Positions 53,591 to 64,000 of a stretch of 64,000 bases of DNA are shown one piece after another. Every line of letters begins with the position of its first letter. The first letter of the stretch is position 1. Origin of the DNA: Felis catus (Eukaryota). Location of the stretch: positions 170,130,001-170,194,000 of the forward strand of contig NC_058368.1 of assembly GCF_018350175.1 (NCBI RefSeq). The letters run 5' to 3'. The translations under genes were made by a program, and so were the position numbers. The notes under the pieces were generated by a model. The model saw only the letters and a list, made by a program, of their open reading frames with translations. It had not been told where the DNA came from and made no database searches.

Positions 53591-54134
53591 TGTACAGTTA
53601 AGAATTAACAATGTCCAAAGAGAGGGCTGGCCTTTGCCATTGCCTGACTCTTAGGCATTAGAATGTCCTGTCTGATAAGAATGTTTTTGTTTATCTGGGA
53701 GCCTTAGGCCACGGTATCAATTTGGCCTCTGGAAGGACCAGAGACCAGGGTCAGCCATGTGCACGTGAATGAGCCCCAGTAAAAATTTAGAATACCAAAG
53801 CGTGATGACCTTCCATAGTTGACAATAGTCTATGCAAATTGTCATACATCACTACTAGGAGAAGTGAATGGTCTTTGCACAACCCCTCTGGGAAAGGACA
53901 ATGGGTAGCTCAATGCTTGGAACTATCTTGGACTCTGCCTTATGTACCTTTTCCTTGGCTAATTTTAATCTTTATTTTTTTACTGTAATAAACTGTAACC
54001 ATGACTAAAATGTCTTTGCTGAGTTATGTTAGTTCTTCTAACAAATTAGCAAACCTGAGGGTTGTCTTGGGGATGCCCAAACTCATAGGTGATTTCAGAA
54101 GTGAGGGTAGTGTTGAAGACTCCTGAACTTCATA
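53591..54134 (+). mobile_element. ERVL-class solo LTR (MER21/MER68/MER77 group) inserted in L2
   Basis: gaatgtcctgtctgataaga; ctgtaataaactgtaacc; aacctgagggttgtcttgggga; probable TSD ggag(t/a). Confidence 0.75.
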
Positions 54135-54583
54135 GGAGATAACAAGAGAGATGGGGGGTATATTTTGGATGACTAGTAGAATAAATAGGAATTCCAAGGT
54201 ACTCTTTGTTTTCAGAAAGTTACACTATAGAAATAATTATGTATCTAAATCTACATACATATTAAATGTGGATAAAATTATTTTGAATATATCATCGTAT
54301 TTGATCATTATGCATATTAAACAAATACCCAACAGAATAAACTAAAGAGAACCAAAGTATTACTAACTTGCTCAGTGTTTGCTGTAGGTAATATAGAAAA
54401 CAAAAAGCAAAAGTCAGTTGATTCCTATATTAGCATGGGGCAGTTAACTGAAACGTGATGGCAAATAGGATGCCAAAATGACTATAGACATTTAAGGAAC
54501 TGAGTAGAATTTCCCTTTCTTAACTTTTATGATCTTTTGCATTGTCAAGTAATTTGCATTGTTGATTAAAAATAATTATCTTC

Positions 54584-54603
54584 AAAAAAAAAAAAAGAAA
54601 GAA
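54584..54603 (+). mobile_element. Poly(A)-only retroposition remnant
   Basis: 20-nt A-rich tract between perfect 16-bp repeats aaaaataattatcttc at a TT|AAAA site. Confidence 0.75.
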
Positions 54604-56436
54604 AAAAATAATTATCTTCTGGAGTTTTAACTGGGAACCAAAGAAGAAAGTGGTTCATTTGCTTTTCAAGAACTGTGATTCTTATAAATCAATTAAAGAA
54701 ACATCACATTTCTATTTTATGGATTTATTTTCAATTTCATTAAACTAAAGAATACTACCAAGATTTTAGATTATCTCCATGGAAGGTTTTTGTATCCAAG
54801 GGGCAACAAACAAAAAAAGAAAAAGAAGAAAATAATAAAGATTCTTTTAGAAATTAAAAAAAAAAAAGAAGAAGAACTTTACGTTTATAAGCATGATACA
54901 TGCAAATTTCTTTTAAAATCCATAATCTTGAAGAAACTAAGATTCTGAAAGGTATAGCCAGCTACCATAATCTAGGACATGACAGCTGAGCTGAGACTCA
55001 TCCCAAACTTCCGACACCGAGTCTAGTTCAGTGCACATATATTCATCTACAATGCCGCCATTTTGGTGCTGTTTTTCTTCCTCCTGTTACCTAATTTTTT
55101 CACCCTTTACCCTTTTGGGGGGGGCTTCTATTATTTCTTCCTATAAGTAACTACTTAGCAAGTATTTAAAAAGAACTATTCACTCAAAACAGTAAGAAAC
55201 ACCTGGATCAAACATAGGAATAATGTATTAGATTAGAGACCTCTGTACCCATGAACATATTATCAGGTTACTTTTGATAGATGTGAGGGGTAAAAAGCAA
55301 ACTGACTCTAGGGTATTATATTCATTTCTGGACCAGATTAATGACAGAAAAAAATCAATCAAAAACACTCTGGAGAATCTTAATATAATTCTGGCTGGTA
55401 TAACAAAGGAAGTTACAAGTACCTAACTGAGCTATTTTCATTAATGTATATACATTTGCTTCTAAATTAATTTGCATAGAAAGCCAACAACTATATTATT
55501 CTTTTTATTCCCTGCTAAGGCATATTATTACAAAAATTGGTTTCTAAAACTGCACACTGTAACATACTTTAACACCATTAATACTTTTACAAAATCTCGC
55601 ATGATTTCTAGTTCCTGGGTCTTTTTTTCACTATGTTCAGCCACAGATGGATTTCAGACCATTGGCTCAAATGGGATATACCTTTGTATTTATGCTTCAA
55701 AAATGTGAGGAATGTTCCCATGAGATTTTCAGCTCCTCTGTTTGAGTAAGTAAAGACTTTTACACAGTCAAAGGCTTTTTGGCTGAAAAGTCCAGCATGT
55801 TGTTTTAGCCTGTCCAACCAAAAGAAATAGTAGCAACCCAAAAGGGAATAAACAGAATGAGGAAATAGGAATCTTTTAGTTAAACATATACAGAGCTAGA
55901 TTAAGATTTATTTGTTGGATGGGAGCAAAACTTCCTGGGAAAAGTAGCAACATTTAACTATCAAAAATCATGGTAACCCTTTATCCTAGTTATTTGTGCT
56001 TTATGAAGATCCTCATATAAAGTTAGAAGATTAGGTCTTGTCTCTACAATTAAAAACTATTTTCTACAATCCATACAGATTAAGTTTTGATTGCTGACAC
56101 AGTATTGACAGAGAAGAAAATGATTAACCCAACTTTTGTTGGGTATAAAGTAATCTTAGATCACAAAATATCGCTCATATCCAGGAAATATTTGACCACA
56201 GGGACTCTTCTTCCTTCATGTCATACTTAAAGTTCTCAGCTCTTCTCACACATTTTGAACTGAAGCCATTGTCCTCTGCCTCCCCCACCCCCCACACCAA
56301 CCCCCTCACCCCCGCATCCCCAAAGGCGCTGACAGCAGCTCAGCCAAAGGCTACATTAAATGGAAGGAAAATAGAGTACCTGTAGCAGTTCCTCTCTCAG
56401 CTCCCCGCAGTCTCTGAGATCCCAGGCTCAGGGCCA

Positions 56437-56449
56437 GTTGCCTAGCAAC
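56437..56449. promoter_or_regulatory. Candidate RFX X-box
   Basis: GTTGCCTAGCAAC matches the GTNRCC-N0-3-RGYAAC consensus, in apparently non-repeat, locally GC-rich DNA. Confidence 0.5.
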
Positions 56450-56949
56450 ATATCCAGGTGTAACCCCTTCCCACCCCCACCATGAAGTACTAATATACAA
56501 ATGTAACTAAAGTAATTCAGTATCAAAAAAGAGACAACTCATCAATTTTAAATGATAACAAGGACAGGGGTTATCAAAAATTTTAGAGGATCAACATAAT
56601 GGAGCATCACTTTTATTAAGAATATATGTACTATATATTCAGGTAAAAACAAAAATAGCACAAAAATACACCAGGTGAATACGAAAATAAAATTTGTTTT
56701 ACTGGTATTTGACTAATAATGTGACAAACTAATTTTCCACTTTTATAAATATCAACCAAATACAAAGTGTTTCTGACACTGGATATATTATCAAACAAGA
56801 TGGTAAACTCCAAAGGAGTAAACACTTTGACTATTCAAATTGCTAACACCATGACTATTAAAATTTATGCATCATAAAATACATTACTAAGTTGTGTTAG
56901 TATGTTGAGCGGATGGCACAAACTTTCCATCTTTTCTAACTTTTAAACA

Positions 56950-57465
56950 CTGTAGGTAGTTGCTGACCTACCAGCCAAATTTTGCCCCTTTCTTAAAAAT
57001 AGAACCCTATTTGTACCCAGATAATGGGAATGAATTCTCCAGAGCCATCACAAATGCTTCTCTTCACCAGGCATTTACTTTTCCAGCCTTCCGTGTAGCT
57101 AGTCATGAAACCAGTTATCCTGTCAGTTTCCCACAAGGGACAGTCTTCTGGAGTGCTTCCTGGAAATCTTTTGTTTTATAAGGTGGACAGACTCTTTAGA
57201 AAAAAAGCCAGTATCATCCCTTCTCTTTCCTCTTGCCTTGCAATGCTATGTGAGTCTGTGATGTCTAGAGCTAGAAAGCTCTTTTAATAATGAGATAACA
57301 AGCGTAGGAATAAAAATCCAACATCCCTGAGAAGTAGAATAGAAAGACATAAAGAGACAGAATCTTGATGACATCTGTGAACCAATAAAAGTCTCTGTGT
57401 TCTTCATTAAGCAAGATAATAAATAGCTTCCATCCTGTTAAGTGATTTGTTTACCCTAGTCTAAT
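56950..57465 (+). mobile_element. Old MaLR LTR (MLT1I/J/K-like)
   Basis: tgtgatgtctagagctag; agaatagaaagac...tcttgatgacatc...aataaat. Confidence 0.6.
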
Positions 57466-58079
57466 GTAAAAATCAGATGGGTGAGGAAGGAATGAAATTA
57501 TGAGACAAGTGTTGTCCAAGCCTCGGGCTATTAGGGAAAATGGCATCACATAATAGAATTTGTTAAGGAGAGAATTAACTACCCACCAAGCTGACCAGAA
57601 AATTTCTGCTTTTAGATGTGTCAATCAATAAGGTATTTGAAGGAAGGATGAGTAATATGGATAGATACCAGTTCTGAATTTTGAGGTGAGAATAATAAAT
57701 AAAGGAAAAGACCTAAACAATTACTCAAGTTGAAGTGTGTTAAATGTCATAGGGTGGAGTGAAACAAAAAATAGCAATGGAATCATTTTAAAAATGGAAT
57801 TAGATTATCTCCTTTGTAGTACTAAGGACAATGTGCTGTCTCATGACTCTGATGACCATCAGATCCTAAAATAGTAAATGTCAGCAATGAAGACAATCTT
57901 CTGGATCTCTGCAGGGATGAAGGGTTTTCAAATTTTGGAATCATGATTTACCTAACTTGAAAGATAATGATCCTCTGGGGTTTGAGAATAAAAATTGAAA
58001 CAATTACGAGTACTTATTTTCATTTTTGCAGCCTACTAAGCCAGAAGGAAATTTATTGAAAGGCAGCTTCCTATTAGAA

Positions 58080-59830
58080 TCTCTGTCATCCCTTTCTCAC
58101 CTGTGTTTGCCTGTATACTAACATTCAGTAAGATACTTACTCATGTATAAGAATGATCTGGAAATTCCTTCTAAAAATCATTTTGCTACATGCTTTTTAC
58201 TGTGGTGTGTTTTTCAGGAATTTACCCACTTTTTAAAAATTTAATGGTGTTCTTGTTAGTTTTCAGTGTTAACTAAAATGTGGAACACTATTTACTTTTA
58301 ATGAACTTCATTCATACTTTCTAGTAAAATATGACTGCATCTCCAGTTTTTATGATTTCCTGTTGACTGCAGTATTTAATGTAATCTAATTATATTCACA
58401 AATAATGGGTTTAATTGTACAGGGATACTTTAAAATATGCCCAAATGATAGAAGTAATTAAGATTTTCAAAAATAGTTCTTATAAAACTAAGACATTTTA
58501 TATACTAATGCATCTTCTATATCAAAAAATATGGCAAAAAATATGGCAAAAGGTAAATATCATAGTCACAGATACAAATACAAATATATAGATATTTTAT
58601 ATTCTGTTATGAAAATCTATTAATCCAGACAGACTAGTTATTTTACTAGTAGAATACAGAGAATTTTATATTGTTTTATGTTCAAGAAAATGCCTGCTAT
58701 TTTTCTAAGTTTTCTTGACTATATTCCTCCAGATTTTCTATAGAATAGACTTGCCAACTTCTATTCTTTTGACTATTCTCTTAGAATTACATTTAATTTC
58801 TAGATTAATTTAGGGAGAGTCTATTTCTTTATAATATGTAAATTTATATTCATTTATTTCAAGTCTTCTTTTATGGGATTTGTTCTTTCATATAATAATT
58901 CCTTACAATTTTGCTGTTTTTACACTATTATCAGAGGTTTTTTTTTCCTATTTAGTTATTACTGATATGTTGTAAAGTTATTGACAATAATGTTTCTTGT
59001 AAGTAACCACTTTATTTAATTAGTGCTAATATTATTTTCATACTTTTGGCTATTCAAAATTGACATTGGGATCACTCATAAATGCTTTTCCAATATTATA
59101 CTTGCTTTTTTCTTTTTGTTTTATATTGGCGAGGACATCAGAATGTGGTAAAATATAAGCAATTAATATAGAAATCTTTGACTTTCAGTTAATTTAAATG
59201 GGATTATTTTTAGTTATTCTTAAGGATAATGTTAATTTTGGTTTCTGATGAATACACATCAATTTAAGAGAGTACCCTTATATTTCTTGTTTTTACCCTG
59301 TTTGCTTTATGTTTTTTGAAAATTCATGTGTTTTTAGTTTAATCAATTCCATTTTGGCATCTATGAAGAACAACTCTTATTTCCTGGGGTGCTTGCATGA
59401 CTCAGCTGGTTGAGCATCGGACTCTTGATTTCAGCTCAGGTCATGATCTCATGGTTGGTGAGACTGAGTCACCTGTTGGGCTCTGCACTGTCAGCAGATT
59501 GTCTCTCTCCCTTTCTCTCTCCCTCTCTTTCTCTGCACCTCTCCTACTCATGCTTCCTCTCGCTCTCGCTCTCTCTCTCAAAATAAATAAATAAACAAAA
59601 AACAAGAGTGACTCCTTTTTCCTTAGTTATAAGATATTTAAATGTCCTAATATTGGTCTCTCCTTGGATTCCTACAATGAACAGAATAAATCTGGTATGC
59701 TGTTCTTTTAACACACTGCTGAAATTGGTCTATTGGTATTTCACTTAGGATTTGTACATGTACATGCATTCATAAGACAGAATGGTATGTTTTGAATATT
59801 CTCTTCACCAAGTTTAGGAATTGGGAGAGA
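58080..59830 (-). mobile_element. Old L1ME-like fragments
   Basis: T-rich plus strand with reversed L1 ORF2 remnants (tagattaatttagggagag; ttttatattggcgaggac). Confidence 0.5.
59386..59603 (+). mobile_element. CanSINE
   Basis: ggggtgcttgcatgactcag...ctctctcaaaataaataa. Confidence 0.9.
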
Positions 59831-60513
59831 ACACATTTTGAATTCTAGAAATTATTCTCCAAATTATTCCTAAATATAGTATTGTGAGTTTAATTTTCCC
59901 AGTACATTCTAATAGTGCAGCTAATGCTAGATATATTTTGAGTGAGTATGTTCATGCAGGTATATAAAGATAACACTGACCTGTGGCAACAGGTCAAGAG
60001 CTCTTCCATCTTATAATTGAAAGTAAAATTGTCTAAAAAGTAAATATTCTTCTGTATTAATATACATTTTATTACTTTTCCCTGATAACTGGTTGTAAGG
60101 ATATCCAGAATAAACCATATCTTAATGACAGGGTTTGGGACCAGCAACCACTCTAGAACATTTGAGAGGGAAAGAGCTATTCATTATGATTGAAAAATAA
60201 TTTTAAAAATAACTTTATTAAATTACTCTTCAACTCTACTTATAATTGTTTTTGCTAACTATAATTATCCTCAATACATTGAATGGTCTTTCTCAGTTAC
60301 CTAACAGGCTGGAAGATATTAAGTTTAATTCAATACACATAAACTTGATAGAATGCTTACTGGATGTAAAGAGCAATGTTAATATTAATATGCAGGATGG
60401 TTATGAGTTGTTAGTATTTAAGGTACTCCAACCTGTGAGTGAGGCAGATTTAGATTTTATAAGAGCATAAATAATTTTGAAGCCCTCTTTTACAAAAACT
60501 ATAAAAAATTCTT

Positions 60514-60723
60514 GGGGCACCTGGGTAGCTCAGTTGGTTAAGCGTCCAACTCTTGATATTGACTCAGATCATGATCCCAGAGTTGTGGGATCGAGCCCCA
60601 TGTTGGGCTCTGCTTTGACAATGTGCAATCTACCTGGGATTGTCTCTCTCCCCTTCCGTCTGGTCTTCCCCTACTCATGCATATTCTCTCTCTATCTCTC
60701 AAAATAAATACATGAACATTTTT
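60514..60723 (+). mobile_element. CanSINE
   Basis: TSD aaaaattctt. Confidence 0.92.
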
Positions 60724-60794
60724 AAAAATTCTTATTTTTGCAAGTTTAAAAAAAAGACATTTTTCTATGAAGAGATATTCCAAGTGTCCTTCCT

Positions 60795-60929
60795 ATGGGT
60801 ATTAAGGAGGGCACTTGTAATGAGCACTAGGTGTTACACGTAAGTGATGAATCACTGAATTCTACTCCTGAAACCAATATTGCACTGTATGTTAACTAAA
60901 TAAAATTTCTAAAAAATAAAAAAATAAAA
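60795..60929 (+). mobile_element. Short carnivore L1 3' end
   Basis: atgggtattaaggagggcacttgtaatgagcac...gatgaatcactgaattctactcctgaaacc, A tail. Confidence 0.85.
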
Positions 60930-61916
60930 GGGTCCTATGTGGTAAAATGTCCTGAAAATTAAATGTCATTAGTTTCTCTGTAAATAAACCTGTGCTCATG
61001 GGGAAATTGAAGGAGATTTTTCTACAGATAAGTTAATGCCATTTTTGAAGTAGGAATCCATAATCATCACAATAAGCCCTACCTTCAGTGAACTAAAATT
61101 CCAAATGTTCAAGATAAGAGTAGATAGGATGTGTTTACTTTGCAAGTCTAAATATTCTGATGTCCAAATTAATTTTCCTCACATGAAAGTTTTGTCAAAT
61201 GCTACCAGAAACGTCCAATGTTTAAAGAGAAATACAAATTCATCCTGAAATCCAATGCCTTTATTACTGTGTATATTACACTTTAGATTCCAGGACCAAG
61301 GATCCATTTCTGATAGGCTGGTTTCCATAATAGCTTCATTAACTATTCATGCTTATTTAGCACTCACCATCTTTACTTGCCTCATCCCCAGTTCTTCCCT
61401 TCTCCAAATTCAGAAGTAAGCAAAACTGCCGCTTCAAACTACAGATTGAAATCCTACTCTCCATAACCACATGATACCCATATGTTTATCCAAAGTTGCT
61501 TTTAAATTGTTTTGATGTTGCATGAGTCATTAGTATAGAATGATGCACCGAATACACATTCACATTATAATGAGTAAACAAAAACAACTCCTTTCTTGTG
61601 GATTGAAAAGAATTTGTGCTAAATATTTTGGAAAAAAAAAGAATGAGACAAAATGAAACATTTATACACATACAATGGGTAAAGATGGTGTTTAGTAACC
61701 ATTTTGGATTGAAAATGTCATCTCATAATTAGATCTCAATACAGTATCCATGTCTTTTTCTTCATCCATTCAATATTCAATACTTTATTGAATATTTTTA
61801 TTTAGAGGCTACTCTTAGTCAATGCCTTAGTTAATATACGATGAGGCATGAAAGGCTAAAATATGTTCTCTGTCCTAAGAGAGAACAAAATTTGCTAAAA
61901 GAAGCTTTACACAGAT

Positions 61917-62310
61917 TGTAAGTTTCTTCACAATATTCATTCTCCCCTTCTTCCTTAGTAATATGAATCACTACCCTAGCTTGGCTTATTGATACTTAAC
62001 TTAAAAAACAAAACAAACTCTCCTTAGGTGTGGCCATATGATTACATTTAAACCATTGAGTTTATAGCGGTAATGCTATGTGTACTTTCTATTAAGAAGA
62101 CTTAGTAGAAAATGGATATAATTATTCACTTCTAAACCCTCAGAATAGCAAAGAAAATGAACCTGCCTCCCCGAGAACCTCTTAATCCCAAAACCAACTT
62201 TAGACTGCCTATTTCTGGATTTATTTTATGTGGGAGAAAAATAAATTTTCATTTTGTTTAATCTAATGTATTTTTTACTACATGTAGCCAAGTCTACTGC
62301 TAACAAACAA
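61917..62310 (+). mobile_element. Old MaLR LTR (MLT1H/J-like)
   Basis: cattctccccttcttccttag; ggtgtggccatatga; gggagaaaaataaatttt. Confidence 0.6.
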
Positions 62311-63176
62311 AGAGATGTAAAACAATTATTAAAAATACAAGGTATAATTTGACCAAGTCCACTGGAAAGGTACAAAAGAAAGTTCAGAAAAACATGAGGT
62401 AACATATAAACAAGGAGTCTAGGTATTAGGGAAGATTAAAGGTTTAGTGTTGAAGCTTGCAAAAGTTAGTAAATTAGCCTTTCTGTTCCATATATTTATC
62501 TTATATGTTCCACAACAGATAGCATATAGAAACATGAGAGGCAGAGAGAATATCTAATATCCTTATTCAATTGGACTGGATTATCTATTTGCTCTTTAAG
62601 CCATTTATAATATTCTCTATACTTTCCTGCAAATAAAGAACAAACAGGTACATTTCATGTTGTCAGTATCATGATATCAACTGAATATTCTATTTTTTTT
62701 TAATCTCACAAGCCTGATGGAAGTGGTAATTTTATCCGAGTAGGGGTTAACTAATTTTCAGTGACTGATATTTGGTGCATTAAGTAGCACCTGTCACCTA
62801 TATTAACAAGGTATGAGATTGTTTTGGATGCATAGGGCTTTTCAGGAATAGTGAGGTCAGTGATACCTCTTTTGAAAACTATAGTTTGTTTAAAAGGATG
62901 ACAGAAAGAAATAAAGAATGATATACCCAGCAGGATAAGTTATAGACCTACAAATACATCCAAAAGAAAGCAGGGCATGTAGATCTTCAGATTGATGATT
63001 TCTGAATTCTTCCTTCATTTTAAAAATACAACTGTGTTTTCTAAAAGATATAGACTAAACTTAGAGATAGCATATGTGAGAATAGATCAAATATAAATCT
63101 CCAAACATATCCTACCTAGAGCACTAAAAATAATATAATTTATCCTGGAGTAAGAAAAAGATGATTACGGCAAAAG

Positions 63177-64000
63177 TTTTTTTTTTTCAATATATGAAAT
63201 TTATTGTCAAATTGGTTTCCATACAACACCCAGTGCTCATCCCAAAAGGTGCCCTCCTCAATACCCATCACCCACCCTCCCCTCCCTCCCACCCCCCATC
63301 AACCCTCAGTTTGTTCTCAGTTTTTAAGAGTCTCTTATGCTTTGGCTCTCTCCCACTCTAACCTCTTTTTTTTTCCTTCCCCTCCCCCATAGGTTCCTGT
63401 TAAGTTTCTCAGGATCCACATAAGAGTGAAAACATACGGTATCTGTCTTTCTCTGTATGGCTTATTTCACTTAGCATCACACTCTCCAGTTTCATCCACG
63501 TTGCTACAAAGGGCCATATTTCATTCTTTCTCATTGCCACGTAGTACTCCATTGTGTATATAAACCACAATTTCTTTATCCATTCATCAGTTGACGGACA
63601 TTTAGGCTCTTTCCATAATTTGGCTATTGTTGAGAGTGCTGCTATAAACATTGGGGTACAAGTGCCCCTATGCATCAGTACTCCTGTATCCCTTGGGTAA
63701 ATTCCTAGCAGTGCTATGCTGGGTCATAGGGTAGGTCTATTTTTAATTTTCTGAGGAACCTCCACACTGCTTTCCAGAGCGGCTGCACCAATTTGCATTC
63801 CCACCAACAGTGCAAGAGGGTTCCCGTTTCTCCACATCCTCTCCAGCATCTATAGTCTCCTGATTTGTTCATTTTGGCCACTCTGACCGGTGTGAGGTGA
63901 TATCTGAGTGTGGTTTTGATTTGTATTTCCCTGATGAGGAGCGACGTTGAGCATCTTTTCATGTGCCTGTTGGCCATCCGGATGTCTTCTTTAGACAAGT
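63177..64000 (-). mobile_element. Young felid L1 (L1_Fc-type) 3' end, running off the window
   Basis: Poly-T, 3' UTR, ORF2 C-terminus ([24 protein letters not shown]...[23 protein letters not shown]) with one frameshift near 63716. Confidence 0.96.

Overview
Mammalian, AT-rich, repeat-dense genomic DNA from a felid. The evidence is young SINEC_Fc-type CanSINEs and L1_Fc-type LINE-1 3' ends. The window lies inside TMEM232 on the minus strand. Two consecutive internal coding exons are recognisable (47798-47976 and 32450-32694), with canonical splice sites and compatible phases. Everything else appears intronic: about 20 CanSINEs, a degraded near-full-length L1 with nested insertions, other L1/L2/MIR fragments, MaLR/ERVL solo LTRs and a MER44/Tigger7 DNA transposon. 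Nearly all ORFs in the supplied track are repeat-derived or chance. I found no convincing wholly new biological system. The most unusual items are: a young, doubly truncated, tail-less L1 ORF1-end/ORF2-endonuclease fragment between direct repeats (38699-39113); a perfect 52-bp-arm inverted duplication (15035-15158); a poly(A)-only insertion with a perfect TSD (54568-54619); an RFX X-box next to a G-quadruplex motif (56282-56449); and an AG|GTAAT recursive-type splice junction at a TMEM232 exon. The gene and repeat subfamily names come from recalled sequences, not database searches, and old-repeat boundaries are approximate.
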